Shown here piece by piece: positions 8,079 through 19,005 of a stretch of DNA of 64,000 nt. Location of the stretch: assembly GCA_945872695.1 (NCBI GenBank), contig CAMCAL010000002.1, positions 504-64,503 of the forward strand, read 5' to 3'. Each line of letters begins with the position of its first letter. The stretch's first letter is position 1. This DNA is from an uncultured Lactobacillus sp. Lineage in GTDB: Bacteria; Bacillota; Bacilli; Lactobacillales; Lactobacillaceae. Below the pieces are notes generated by a model that saw only the letters and a list, made by a program, of their open reading frames with translations, was not told where the DNA came from and searched no databases. A program made the translations under genes and the position numbers.

Positions 8079-10298
8079 ATGAGTATTCATGTCAACAAAG
8101 AACAAAAGCTTTTCCACCTGCAAACGGCCAAGACCAGCTACATCTTTAAGATCTTAGAAAATGGTAATGCCGGTCAACTCTACTACGGACCGCGGATTCC
8201 AGTTAAGGACGACTATGTAAACCTGGCCAGCCGTGAGGAGCACGATTGTACGAACACCCTGACTGTTGAGCAGAGTGACTTTCAGCTGGAACTGATCAAG
8301 CAGGAATATGCTGGTCTGGGCAAGGGTGACTACCGCTACCCCGCCTACCAGATCACCTACCTGAATGGCTCGCGGACCTCAGAATTTACCTACCAGGGCT
8401 ACCAGATTACGGACGGCAAGCAGCGGCTGGCTGACCTGCCATCCAGCTTTGATGATCAGGGTGACGATGCCCAGACCCTGACGGTGGAATTCAAGGATGA
8501 GCTGGCAAACGTCCTCCTGGAACTGCACTACACGGTCTTTGAGAAGGAAGACGTGATTGTCCGGAGCGCCACCTACACGAACCATGGTGAACCGATTACC
8601 CTTAACCGGGCCCTGAGTACCCAACTCGACCTGCCCGACAGTGACTACGACATGCTCCAGTTCTCCGGTTCCTGGGCCCGAGAACGGCACCTCATCCGGA
8701 CTCACCTGCGTTCAGGTGTCCAGAGTATCAGCAGTCTGCGGGATGCCTCCAGCCATCAGCAGAACCCATTCTTTATCCTGGCCCGGCCCCATACCGATAA
8801 CAACCAGGGGAGCGCAATCGGCTTCAACCTGATCTACTCCGGCAACTTCCTGGATTCCGTCGAGGTTGACCAGTTCGATACCACCCGGGTCCTTGTCGGG
8901 ATCAACCCCGATGAGTTCGCATGGCACCTGGATGACGGCGAAAGCTTCCAGACGCCAGAAGCAGTGATGTCCTACACTACGGATGGTCTGAACCAGCTAA
9001 GCCAACAGCTCGGGGACTTCTACCAAGATCACCTGATCAACCCGCACTTTGCCCATGAGGAACGGCCTGTTCTGATCAATAACTGGGAAGCCACCTTCAT
9101 GGACTTCAACGAGCAAAAACTGATGCCAATCGTTGACAAGGCCCATGAACTGGGCATTGAGATGTTTGTCCTGGATGACGGCTGGTTTGGTCACCGTGAC
9201 GACGATAAGTCCAGCCTTGGGGACTGGTTCGTGGACGAGAAGAAGTTTGCGGACGGGATCGACGGCTTTGCCAACGCGGTTCACGCCAAGGGGATGAAGT
9301 TTGGCCTCTGGTTCGAGCCTGAAATGATTTCCCTCGACAGTAAACTTTATGAGGCCCACCCAGACTGGATGATTGCGACTCCCGGCCGTCAGAGCACGCC
9401 TGCTCGGAACCAGTTTGTCCTCGACATGAGCCGGAGTGAAGTGGTTGACTACCTGGTTGACCACATCAGCGCTATCATCAAGAAGACCAAGCTAGATTAC
9501 ATCAAGTGGGACATGAACCGGAACATCACCGAAATGTACGGAAACCAGTTACCAGCTGACCGGCAGCTAGAGTTTGCCCACCGTTACATCCTTGGTGTCT
9601 ACCAGTTGTATGCTCGCCTGACCAAGGCCTTTCCAAATGTCTTATTTGAATCCTGTGCCTCTGGTGGTGGCCGCTTCGACCTCGGGATGATGTACTACGC
9701 TCCGCAAGCATGGTGCAGTGATGACACCGATGCCGTTGAGCGGATTAAGATTCAGGACGGGACCTCTTACGGTTATGCACAGTCAATGTGGGGGGCTCAC
9801 GTTTCAGCCGTTCCAAATGACCAGGTTGGCCGGTTGACCTCCATCGATACTCGGGCTGCCGTGGCTTACTTCGGTGACTTTGGCTACGAATTAGACATCA
9901 CCAAGCTGCCGGAAGACCAGTTGGCAACGATCAAGAAGCAGGTAGCCTTCTACAAGCAGTACCGGCACCTCTTCCAGTTCGGTAAGTTCTACCGGTTGGA
10001 GAACCCGGACACCGACAATGACAACGTCTACGGTTGGCAGGTAGTCAATGATGATAAGAGTGCGGCCATCGCTGCCCGCTTCCAGATCCTCAACGGCGCT
10101 AACCCAGCCTACATCCGGGTCTACTTCGCCGGCCTTGACCCTGAGAAGACCTACACGGTTAACAACGGTCAGGAGAAGTTCTCCGGTGCTGAGTTGATGA
10201 ACGTTGGTTACTTTGTTCCGCGGATCATGGACCGGACCAAGCCAGAGAAGGATCCATCCGACTTTAGCAGTCGTCTGTTCGTGGTAAAGGAAGCTTAA
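8079..10298 (+). CDS. melA: Alpha-galactosidase, GH36 family
   Basis: 739 aa with GH36 hallmarks KWDMNR, CASGGGRFD and DDGWFG. Confidence 0.9.
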   Translation: MSIHVNKEQKLFHLQTAKTSYIFKILENGNAGQLYYGPRIPVKDDYVNLASREEHDCTNTLTVEQSDFQLELIKQEYAGLGKGDYRYPAYQITYLNGSRTSEFTYQGYQITDGKQRLADLPSSFDDQGDDAQTLTVEFKDELANVLLELHYTVFEKEDVIVRSATYTNHGEPITLNRALSTQLDLPDSDYDMLQFSGSWARERHLIRTHLRSGVQSISSLRDASSHQQNPFFILARPHTDNNQGSAIGFNLIYSGNFLDSVEVDQFDTTRVLVGINPDEFAWHLDDGESFQTPEAVMSYTTDGLNQLSQQLGDFYQDHLINPHFAHEERPVLINNWEATFMDFNEQKLMPIVDKAHELGIEMFVLDDGWFGHRDDDKSSLGDWFVDEKKFADGIDGFANAVHAKGMKFGLWFEPEMISLDSKLYEAHPDWMIATPGRQSTPARNQFVLDMSRSEVVDYLVDHISAIIKKTKLDYIKWDMNRNITEMYGNQLPADRQLEFAHRYILGVYQLYARLTKAFPNVLFESCASGGGRFDLGMMYYAPQAWCSDDTDAVERIKIQDGTSYGYAQSMWGAHVSAVPNDQVGRLTSIDTRAAVAYFGDFGYELDITKLPEDQLATIKKQVAFYKQYRHLFQFGKFYRLENPDTDNDNVYGWQVVNDDKSAAIAARFQILNGANPAYIRVYFAGLDPEKTYTVNNGQEKFSGAELMNVGYFVPRIMDRTKPEKDPSDFSSRLFVVKEA

Positions 10299-10316
10299 TA
10301 AAACGTAATTAAATAC

Positions 10317-10362
10317 GAAAAGAGCTGTGGCCCAACAAATTGTTGGAGCCCAGCTCTTTTTT
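10317..10362. terminator. Bidirectional intrinsic terminator between melA and the convergent SOS cassette
   Basis: A long imperfect stem AGAGCTGTGGCCCAACA / TGTTGGAGCCCAGCTCT is flanked by an A-run on the 5' side and a T-run on the 3' side. Confidence 0.75.
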
Positions 10363-10376
10363 GGCTTCATGATATT

Positions 10377-10739
10377 TTACTTGTACCGACGGACAATATC
10401 GTCGCGGATGATCCGGCTACCGTACTGGTGACGTAGGTTAGCCAACCGTCGCCGGGAAAAGGCGTGGCAGAGGATCGGGATGTCCCATTGCTGCTGCAGG
10501 CCCATCAAGACCGTCAGATAATCATCATCGGTATACTGTTCGAAGGGAAGGTGGCAGATGATGGCGGTGGTGATTCCCGTGCCAACCCGCTTCTGGGCCT
10601 CGACAGTGATCACGTAGTTCTGACTGATTTCAACGATCGACGTCCAGAGGTTCAACCGTCCCGACGAATGTTGCTGGAAATCGGCGATGGTTTGGTTACC
10701 CTTCCTGATCAGTGCCTGAATCTCGCTGCTTTTTGTCAT
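10377..10739 (-). CDS. Hypothetical 120-aa protein, third gene of the Y-family polymerase cassette
   Basis: ATG 10739 is preceded by GAAAGGAG at 7-nt spacing. It overlaps the end of the YolD-like gene by 44 nt. I recognise no motif. Confidence 0.5.
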   Translation of the reverse strand: MTKSSEIQALIRKGNQTIADFQQHSSGRLNLWTSIVEISQNYVITVEAQKRVGTGITTAIICHLPFEQYTDDDYLTVLMGLQQQWDIPILCHAFSRRRLANLRHQYGSRIIRDDIVRRYK

Positions 10740-11178
10740 GAAGAGTCTCCTTTCTGGTGACAGTGCGGATATTACGCAGGGGAATGTGGGGGCCGTCCAC
10801 GAAATAGGCGACTTGCTGGGGCCAGTTCACGTGGTCCAGCGAGCCCTGGTAGTGGTCATAGTAGCCGCTCTCCCCGTTGAAGTAGGTGAGCGTCAGCACT
10901 ACCTTTTCATCTATTGGTAGCTGGTGGAAGAAGTCAAAGATCACCTGTTCTTCCTCCCCGGTCGGATACTTCTTGTTGGCATATTGTTGAGCAATTTTGT
11001 CGAGTAATTCATGGTACCCAGTGAGGGCCGCAAATGGGGCAAACTGGCCGGCCCGGTCCCGCCCGGTCATCGGTAGGTGGGCGTGTGAGACATGGCGTGG
11101 CATATCCATAATGTCATTGTAGCGACTGGTGTCATTGAACTGAGCCTGCTCGGCCTGCCACTGTTTCTTATCGATCAT
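10696..11178 (-). CDS. YolD-like protein
   Basis: 160 aa. The motif RDRAGQFAPFAALTGYHELL and its position directly downstream of a Y-family polymerase (4-nt overlap) are typical of YolD-like proteins. Confidence 0.7.
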   Translation of the reverse strand: MIDKKQWQAEQAQFNDTSRYNDIMDMPRHVSHAHLPMTGRDRAGQFAPFAALTGYHELLDKIAQQYANKKYPTGEEEQVIFDFFHQLPIDEKVVLTLTYFNGESGYYDHYQGSLDHVNWPQQVAYFVDGPHIPLRNIRTVTRKETLHDKKQRDSGTDQEG

Positions 11179-12686
11179 GCTTGGTGCCCTCCAATCTCCT
11201 TGTTGCGCTTCTTGGCAACGGCGCCGTCCTTGAGGTCCGCGGCCCGGATAATGGCATTCTTACCAAAGTCCTGCTGCATCTTCAGAATCAACTTCTGCAG
11301 CTTATAGTCCTGGTCACGCTGGGCCTGCTGCTTTTTAGCAGTTTGAACAGCCTGCTCTGGATCACTGAAGAGGTCGAGCTGTTCAGTATACGTTCGTTCC
11401 TGAGCCTTGTAACGGTTAACCAGGTGGTTAGCGGTGACAGTGACCCGACGGATGGTGAGCTGGTGGTGGAAGGATTGGTCGTAAGCGGCGAGAAAGCGGG
11501 CAATCAGTTCGGTCGGTGAAGCGGTCGGGACCTTAAAGCTGATCTTCTGGTGGTCAGGATGAGGAACATCCCGGTCGTAGAAGTCCTTAGTGATGGCGCC
11601 GTGGTAGTCATGACCCGGCTGCAGGTTCTGGGCGTCGTAGTTAACAGTCAGTGAAAATTCATCAGCCACCAGGTCTCGCTTGACCATCTGGAGACAGAGC
11701 ATGTTGGTCATCTCCTGGACGACGATCCGCCCTTCCTGAAAGGTGTAGGGACGGGGAAGGACGATGCTGGAGTAGAGGCCATGGTCGTCGGAGTGGTAGT
11801 GCTTGATGTCGTCGATGGTCGCTGACTCGTATCCCCAGGCGTGGTCAATCAACAGTTCAGCGTTTTTCCCAAACTCCCGGTAGAGGGTCTCCTCGTTCTG
11901 GGGGTCGGAGAGGGTCCCCAAGGAGCAGCGGGCAATATCGCCCATCGTATGTAAGCCGAGTTTAGCCAGGCGTTTGGCGTAACCGCGCCCGACCCGCCAG
12001 AAATCGGTGATCGGTTGGTGGGCCCAGAGAAAACGCCGGTATTTTTGCTCGTCCATCTCAGCAATTCTGACGCCATCTTTGTCGGCTGGAATTCGCTTGG
12101 CCACGATGTCCATGGCGACCTTAGCGAGGTAGAGGTTATCGCCAATTCCAGCAGTAGCTGTGATCTTAGTCTCAGCTTGGATTACCTGGATGATCTCCTT
12201 GGCCAGGTCGTGAGCGGTTGTGTGGTGGCTAGCCAGGTAGTCGGTGATATCCATCATGACCTCATCGATGGAGTAAGGATGGATCTTGGCTGGTGGCAGG
12301 TAGCGGAGGTAGATCTCGTAGACCTTGGCGCTGCGCTGCAGGTAGAAGGCCATCCGGGGTGGGACCACCTTGTATTCGATCTTGAGACTGGGTGAACGGA
12401 GGAGCTCATCGCGGAAAATGGAACTCCAAGCGGCCAGGCGGTGGTCGCTCGCCTGCTTAGCCCGCTGACGGTTGAGTTCGGCCACCCGCTGTTCGACCTC
12501 AAACAGACGGGGCCGGCCAGGCAGGCCAAACTTCTTGAGGGCCGGGGAGACTGCCAGGCAGATGGTCTTGCTGGTACGGCTGGCATCGGCGACCACCAGG
12601 TTGGTGTTTAGGGGGTCGTAGCCCAAGTCGGCGCACTCGGCGGAGGCGTAGAATGATTTTAGGTCAATTGCCAGGTAAGTAGCCAC
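11175..12686 (-). CDS. Y-family (UmuC/DinB-type) translesion DNA polymerase
   Basis: The N-terminus is ATYLAIDLKSFYASAE. A GTG start at 12686 lies 7 nt after AAAGGAGG, so the track start at 12749 is probably too far upstream. Palm and little-finger regions are recognisable (PITDFWRVGRG). Confidence 0.88.
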   Translation of the reverse strand: MATYLAIDLKSFYASAECADLGYDPLNTNLVVADASRTSKTICLAVSPALKKFGLPGRPRLFEVEQRVAELNRQRAKQASDHRLAAWSSIFRDELLRSPSLKIEYKVVPPRMAFYLQRSAKVYEIYLRYLPPAKIHPYSIDEVMMDITDYLASHHTTAHDLAKEIIQVIQAETKITATAGIGDNLYLAKVAMDIVAKRIPADKDGVRIAEMDEQKYRRFLWAHQPITDFWRVGRGYAKRLAKLGLHTMGDIARCSLGTLSDPQNEETLYREFGKNAELLIDHAWGYESATIDDIKHYHSDDHGLYSSIVLPRPYTFQEGRIVVQEMTNMLCLQMVKRDLVADEFSLTVNYDAQNLQPGHDYHGAITKDFYDRDVPHPDHQKISFKVPTASPTELIARFLAAYDQSFHHQLTIRRVTVTANHLVNRYKAQERTYTEQLDLFSDPEQAVQTAKKQQAQRDQDYKLQKLILKMQQDFGKNAIIRAADLKDGAVAKKRNKEIGGHQA

Positions 12687-12742
12687 TATGGCTCCTCCTT
12701 TCCAGATTATTGATATCTCTATTATACTGGATACCAGAATGG

Positions 12743-12756
12743 CGAACAAGTGTTTG
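12743..12756. promoter_or_regulatory. LexA (Cheo-type) SOS box overlapping the -35 of the polymerase promoter
   Basis: CGAACAAGTGTTTG fits the Firmicute consensus CGAAC-N4-GTTYG. On the minus strand TTGTTC (-35), 17 nt and TATAAT (-10) overlap or follow it. Confidence 0.65.
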
Positions 12757-12759
12757 CAA

Positions 12760-14023
<1,264 letters not shown>

Positions 14024-14045
14024 TCATAACTAAAAAATTGGATTA

Positions 14046-14087
14046 GGACTGCTCCCAGCAATCACCTGCTGTGAGCGGTCCCCTTTT
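14046..14087 (+). terminator. Intrinsic terminator of trpS
   Basis: The stem GGACTGCTCCCAGCA / TGCTGTGAGCGGTCC is followed by CCTTTT. Confidence 0.7.
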
Positions 14088-14203
14088 AATGTAAGAAAAT
14101 TTCTTCCTGCTGGGTAGTTATTAGTGTTTCACAGCGCGGAACATGGTAACATAAAGAGGATGTTTTCTAAGAAAAAATAAAGTAAAAAGCGGAGGTGAAA
14201 ATA

Positions 14204-15139
14204 GTGGAAAACCTCGCGATTGTTGACCTCGGCTCTAACTCGGCCCGGATGGCGATCACCGAAATCGCTCCGGATGGCCGTTTTCGTGAAATCAAGCGGG
14301 TCAAGGAGAATACCCGTCTGTCAGAAGGAATGGGTCGGGAAAAGATGCTGCAAGAGGACGCCATGAACCGGACCATTGCCGCCCTGAAGCGCTTCAAGCA
14401 GATCTATGAGGAGATGCCCCATACCCAGGTGCGGGCGATTACGACGGCGGCGGTGCGCCAAGCGCGTAACCGGCAGGAGTTCCTCAACCGGGTCCAGAAA
14501 GAGGTCGGAATTCGTCTCCAGGTCCTTTCGGGGAAGAAGGAAGCCTACTACGACTACCTAGGCGTGATTCGGACGATGAAGTTAAACCACTGTTTGATTC
14601 TGGATGTCGGTGGTGCAAGCTGTGAGCTGGTGTTAGTCCAACAGCGACGGGCGCGGGACCTGATCTCGATCCCAGTCGGCGCCGTGACCCTGTCGGAGCA
14701 GTTCCACTTAAATGGCTATGTGCGGTCCGCCGACCTATTCCGAGCCCAGGTGGCGATGAATGAACGGCTGACCAAAATTCCCTGGCTGCGGTATGCGACC
14801 CGGGTACCAATTGTCCTCTTGGGTGGTGCTAACCGGACGCTGGCCCGGATGACCTGGTCCTACCACCACCGTCATCGTCGGCAACGGTCAATCCATGGCT
14901 ACCAGCTCTCGTCACGAGTGGTATTTGCCACCTACCGGGAATTGTTGAACCGCAACCTGGCCCAGCGCAAGCGGATGCCCGGACTGGAGCCAGAACGGGC
15001 GGATATTATTGTCGGGGGGATGCTGCCCCTCGTCAGCCTGCTCCAGCGCAACAGTGACGGTCGGGTGATCTTCTCGGAAAGTGGTGTCCGGGAGGGGATC
15101 ATCACCGAATATGTTAACCAAAGGAAGCGACCACAATGA
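14204..15139 (+). CDS. Ppx/GppA-family phosphatase (exopolyphosphatase / pppGpp phosphohydrolase-like)
   Basis: The DLGSNSARM phosphate-1 motif and an ASKHA-type fold sequence are present. GTG 14204 lies 8 nt after GGAGG. The track start GTG 14195 overlaps the RBS. Confidence 0.8.
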   Translation: MENLAIVDLGSNSARMAITEIAPDGRFREIKRVKENTRLSEGMGREKMLQEDAMNRTIAALKRFKQIYEEMPHTQVRAITTAAVRQARNRQEFLNRVQKEVGIRLQVLSGKKEAYYDYLGVIRTMKLNHCLILDVGGASCELVLVQQRRARDLISIPVGAVTLSEQFHLNGYVRSADLFRAQVAMNERLTKIPWLRYATRVPIVLLGGANRTLARMTWSYHHRHRRQRSIHGYQLSSRVVFATYRELLNRNLAQRKRMPGLEPERADIIVGGMLPLVSLLQRNSDGRVIFSESGVREGIITEYVNQRKRPQ

Positions 15140-16389
15140 GTGATTGGCAACACGGCTTTTACCGGATTGATCCCCAGGCCCGGCGCGAACGGTTGACCAC
15201 GGCTCTCCACCTCCCACAATCGGTGACACAGACCCTGGCCGAGCACGCAACGACACTGGGTAACGAGCTGGTGGAGAACTACCTGACTGACTACAGCCTG
15301 CCGGAAGGAGTGGGGTTGAACCTCACTGTCAATGGGCAGGAGTATGTTGTTCCGATGGTCGTGGAAGAGCCCTCGGTGATCGCTGCCGCCAGCAACGGTG
15401 CCAAACGGGTTCAGGCCAGCGGCGGTTTTACCGCGCCTAAACAGCACCGGGAACTGGTCGGTCAGGTCGTCTTGACCGACGTTGACGATGTTCCGGGGAC
15501 AGTTAAAAAACTGACTGCCCAGCGTGACCACCTGTTGGCCGTGGCCAATGCGGCCCACCCGTCGATGCAACGCCGCGGTGGGGGTGCCCAGTCAATGACC
15601 GTGCGGACCCCCGGCGACTTCATCAGTGTCGACCTGGGAATCAACGTCTGCCAAGCGATGGGGGCCAACAGCGTCAACACAATGGCCGAGGCGGTCGGTC
15701 ACGAACTAACCGCCCAGGGTTACCACGTCCTGGTTGCTATTTTGAGTAACCTGGCAACTAACAGTCTGCAGACGGTCAACTGTGATGTTGACTTTGCCAA
15801 GCTGGCCACTAGGCAGCAGCCCGGTGATCAGGTGGCCCAACAGATCGCCAAGCTCAGTGCCCTTGCCCAGGTGGACCCGTTCCGGGCGGCCACCCACAAC
15901 AAGGGGATCATGAACGGAATCGATGCCGTGATGATCGCTAGTGGCAATGATTGGCGGGCAATTGAGAGCGGGGCCCATGCCTACGCTGCCCGCAGTGGTC
16001 AGTATCGCGGGCTCAGCACCTGGACCATTGTCGACGGTAAGTTGCATGGTGAAATGACCCTGCCCCTGCCGGTGGGCGTAGTCGGTGGTTCAATCGGTTT
16101 GAACCCAATGACGAAACTCAATTATCAAATTAGTAAGATTAAGACGGCCGAAGAGCTAGCGGCGGTAACGGCTAGCCTTGGATTGGCCCAAAACCTGGCC
16201 GCCCTGCGTGCCCTGGCAACAACAGGGATCCAGGCTGGACACATGAAGCTCCAGTACCGGTCACTAGCAGTGAGTGTCGGCGCCAAGCCAGCGGAGGTCC
16301 CGCTGGTAGCTGCCCGATTAGCTAAAGCCACTCACGTTGACCAGGAAACGGCCCGGCTGGTATTAGCTGAAATTAGAAAGGATCAATAA
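15136..16389 (+). CDS. mvaA: Class II hydroxymethylglutaryl-CoA reductase (mevalonate pathway)
   Basis: Motifs EEPSVIAAASNGAK, QAMGAN, THNKGIMNG and GIQAGHMKL are present. An ATGA start/stop overlap links it to the upstream gene. Confidence 0.9.
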   Translation: MSDWQHGFYRIDPQARRERLTTALHLPQSVTQTLAEHATTLGNELVENYLTDYSLPEGVGLNLTVNGQEYVVPMVVEEPSVIAAASNGAKRVQASGGFTAPKQHRELVGQVVLTDVDDVPGTVKKLTAQRDHLLAVANAAHPSMQRRGGGAQSMTVRTPGDFISVDLGINVCQAMGANSVNTMAEAVGHELTAQGYHVLVAILSNLATNSLQTVNCDVDFAKLATRQQPGDQVAQQIAKLSALAQVDPFRAATHNKGIMNGIDAVMIASGNDWRAIESGAHAYAARSGQYRGLSTWTIVDGKLHGEMTLPLPVGVVGGSIGLNPMTKLNYQISKIKTAEELAAVTASLGLAQNLAALRALATTGIQAGHMKLQYRSLAVSVGAKPAEVPLVAARLAKATHVDQETARLVLAEIRKDQ

Positions 16390-17351
16390 TGAGCGAAGAA
16401 GAAATTAAGTTAAACGCGACAAACCAGGCCCTGTTGGATGAAATCAATTCACTCTACCCAGATGGTACGGTCTTTGTCCAATTCCACGGTGAGAAGTCTG
16501 GCTACGTGCGGCATGATCAAGCCACCCAGAAGACCCTACCCGGCGGTCTCTTTATCATTGTGACCGACCTGACGGAACCTAACTACACCGCCTCCCACGA
16601 GTTACTGCACCTGCTGATGCTGCTCAAGGGTTTCCCGCAGATTTTCTTCCAGCTGTCACTTGGGGACAAGGAACTCGATGAGCAGATGATGATCATGTCC
16701 ACGGACCTCTACAACGTGGTGGTTCACCGCGTGGTGGTTGCTGAACAACGTAAGCACGGCCTGATCAATGACCAGATCGAAGAGGAATACTGGAAGGGTG
16801 TTGAACACACCCTGACCAAGGAGGGGGCCAAGGACGATGACGAGCGAACCTTGCGCCTGTTGACGATCCTCGATGCCCTGGTCTTCTATGGTAACCACTT
16901 TGACAAGTTTGCCGACCGCTTTAAGGAAAACTATCCGGAAGCCCTGGCGGCGGCCCAGAAGATCTATGATGAGATCACGGCCAAGCCAATCAAGTCACCA
17001 TTCGACATGCGGCGGACAATCATCAAGGTCTACTCCCTATTTGATGAACAGATGCAACAGTGGGGCCTGCCAGCACTGCACAATAACGAATACACAACCG
17101 TTTCACCCGTACTGAGTGAGCGACAACTACGACTGGAGATGCGGCAGGTCTTTGAGATCTTCCATTCCGACATGAAGGAGCGGGGCACGACCAAGCGGGC
17201 CTACGTTGGCTTGCGGCGGAGCGACCGGCAGAACTCCTTCACCATCGAAGCACCCCAGTCCAATGCACCAGAGTACTTCAAGCGGGTTTACGACATGCCC
17301 GTGAAGAAGTTCTTAGAAGAACACAGCGTACCATACATTGTAAGGAAGTGA
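16389..17351 (+). CDS. Hypothetical 320-aa protein with an HExxH motif
   Basis: TAATG overlaps the mvaA stop. HELLH occurs at residues about 70-74. I recognise no other family signature. Confidence 0.6.
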   Translation: MSEEEIKLNATNQALLDEINSLYPDGTVFVQFHGEKSGYVRHDQATQKTLPGGLFIIVTDLTEPNYTASHELLHLLMLLKGFPQIFFQLSLGDKELDEQMMIMSTDLYNVVVHRVVVAEQRKHGLINDQIEEEYWKGVEHTLTKEGAKDDDERTLRLLTILDALVFYGNHFDKFADRFKENYPEALAAAQKIYDEITAKPIKSPFDMRRTIIKVYSLFDEQMQQWGLPALHNNEYTTVSPVLSERQLRLEMRQVFEIFHSDMKERGTTKRAYVGLRRSDRQNSFTIEAPQSNAPEYFKRVYDMPVKKFLEEHSVPYIVRK

Positions 17352-17355
17352 GCCT

Positions 17356-18054
17356 ATGGACACGCAAATTCAGCAATTATTCGATAATGCTAAGCGGATC
17401 GTCTTCTTGACCGGAGCCGGGGTTTCAACCGCCTCGGGGATCCCGGATTTTCGTTCAGCTAATGGGCTCTACACCCAGGATAAGAATGCCGAGTACTACC
17501 TGAGCCACCGCTACTTTAGCAGCGATCCAGAGGGCTTCTACGAGTTTTGTAAGAAGAACCTCTACTTCCCGGATGCTAAGCCGAACGTGATCCATCAGAA
17601 GCAGGCAGCCCTGACTAACCAGGACCGGGCGACGGTGATCACGCAAAACATTGATAACCTCTATGAGGAGGCGGGGACAACCCACCTGATTGACTTCCAC
17701 GGAAACCTCTACCACGTTTACTGTGAGAAGTGCGGGGAGACGGTGCCGGTAGCTGACTACCTGAAGAGCCGGATTCACGCCAAAGACGGTGGCTCACTGC
17801 GGCCCGACATCGTGCTCTACGATGAGGGGATCAAACAGGACGACATCATGAATTCTGTTCGGGCAATGCAGGCAGCTGACCTGGTTGTGATTGTGGGGAC
17901 CTCCATGAAGGTCTACCCGTTTGCCGGGCTGCTGGAATACCGGAACCCGGATGCCCAGGTTCTGGCAATTAACCAGCAGAAGCTGAACCTGCCGTGTGAA
18001 TTCACGATGGTGCAGACGGACGCGACGAAGTTCTTCAACGAGCTGCAGGTTTAG
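17356..18054 (+). CDS. Sir2-family NAD-dependent protein deacylase (CobB-type sirtuin)
   Basis: GAGVSTASGIPDFRS, QNIDNL, the catalytic His in DFHGN, the zinc motif CEKCG and GTSMKVYP are all present. Confidence 0.9.
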   Translation: MDTQIQQLFDNAKRIVFLTGAGVSTASGIPDFRSANGLYTQDKNAEYYLSHRYFSSDPEGFYEFCKKNLYFPDAKPNVIHQKQAALTNQDRATVITQNIDNLYEEAGTTHLIDFHGNLYHVYCEKCGETVPVADYLKSRIHAKDGGSLRPDIVLYDEGIKQDDIMNSVRAMQAADLVVIVGTSMKVYPFAGLLEYRNPDAQVLAINQQKLNLPCEFTMVQTDATKFFNELQV

Positions 18055-18062
18055 AACATAAT

Positions 18063-18095
18063 AAAAAAGCGGATCAGTGATGATCCGCTTTTTTG
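18063..18095. terminator. Bidirectional intrinsic terminator
   Basis: AGCGGATCA (18068-18076) / TGATCCGCT (18081-18089) has an A-run upstream and a T-run downstream. Confidence 0.8.
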
Positions 18096-18111
18096 TGTCC
18101 TCAGTGAATGA

Positions 18112-18951
18112 TTAGTTGTGGGCGTTGAATTCCTTCTGGGCACCAGGCAGCTTAAAGGTGTTCTCGTACAGGTACTTGTTGGTCAGCTTTTCCAAGTAGC
18201 CGTCGTCGTGGAGCTTCTGGAGTTCCTTGTTCATGGCCTGCGTCAGCTTCTTGTTAGCAGGACTCTTGTGAAGAAGGAAGTAGGAGCTTTCCAGACCGAT
18301 TGACTTAGAGGCGGTCAGGTTCTTGCCGGCAGAGGTCGTTTGAACGGACTTGTAGGCGGCGTAAGGGTAAACGGCCACGTCGTACTTACCTTGGGCAACC
18401 TGCTTCAGGGCGTCCCCGGTCGTCTGGTCACCGATCCCCTTGAGGTTGAGCTTGTTGTTTGGGTGCTGTTGGTTGTAGTTTTCCAGCAGGCTGTAACGAG
18501 CATCACTGGTGGATACCGGAACCACGGTCAGTTTCTTTTTGACAACTTCGGCGAGGGAGTTGGCTTTCTTACCGTTCTTCCTTTCAACCAGGCGGAGGTC
18601 ATCCAGCCCATTGGCCCGAGTGTGGTAGTAGTTATTGAACCGTTGCTTGTTGTACCAGAAGTTGGACATAGCAACGTCATACTTCCCAGATTGGAGTCCG
18701 GCAAAGACCGCGTTTTGGGAGGTAAAGGTTGTCTTGAACTTGTATTGTGGCAGGTCACGGTCGATTCGCTTGATCAGTTCACCGTAGTAACCGCTGGCCC
18801 CATGGTCGGTGTTGATGATGTATGGTGAATTACCATTTGGTGCGGCGACAGTGACGGTGGTGGCGGCAGAGGCAGAACCAGCTGCAGTGGAGAGCCCCAG
18901 GATGGTCAAACTGGCCAGGGCCGCACGGGTAACTAATTGAGATAACTTCAT
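18112..18951 (-). CDS. Polar amino-acid ABC transporter substrate-binding protein
   Basis: 279 aa with an N-terminal signal peptide and a family-3 solute-binding-protein-like sequence. It is the last gene of a five-gene minus-strand operon. Confidence 0.8.
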   Translation of the reverse strand: MKLSQLVTRAALASLTILGLSTAAGSASAATTVTVAAPNGNSPYIINTDHGASGYYGELIKRIDRDLPQYKFKTTFTSQNAVFAGLQSGKYDVAMSNFWYNKQRFNNYYHTRANGLDDLRLVERKNGKKANSLAEVVKKKLTVVPVSTSDARYSLLENYNQQHPNNKLNLKGIGDQTTGDALKQVAQGKYDVAVYPYAAYKSVQTTSAGKNLTASKSIGLESSYFLLHKSPANKKLTQAMNKELQKLHDDGYLEKLTNKYLYENTFKLPGAQKEFNAHN

Positions 18952-19005
18952 GATTTTTAACTCCTTTAATTATTGATGATTATTTATAAATTCGGTATTT
19001 AAATA

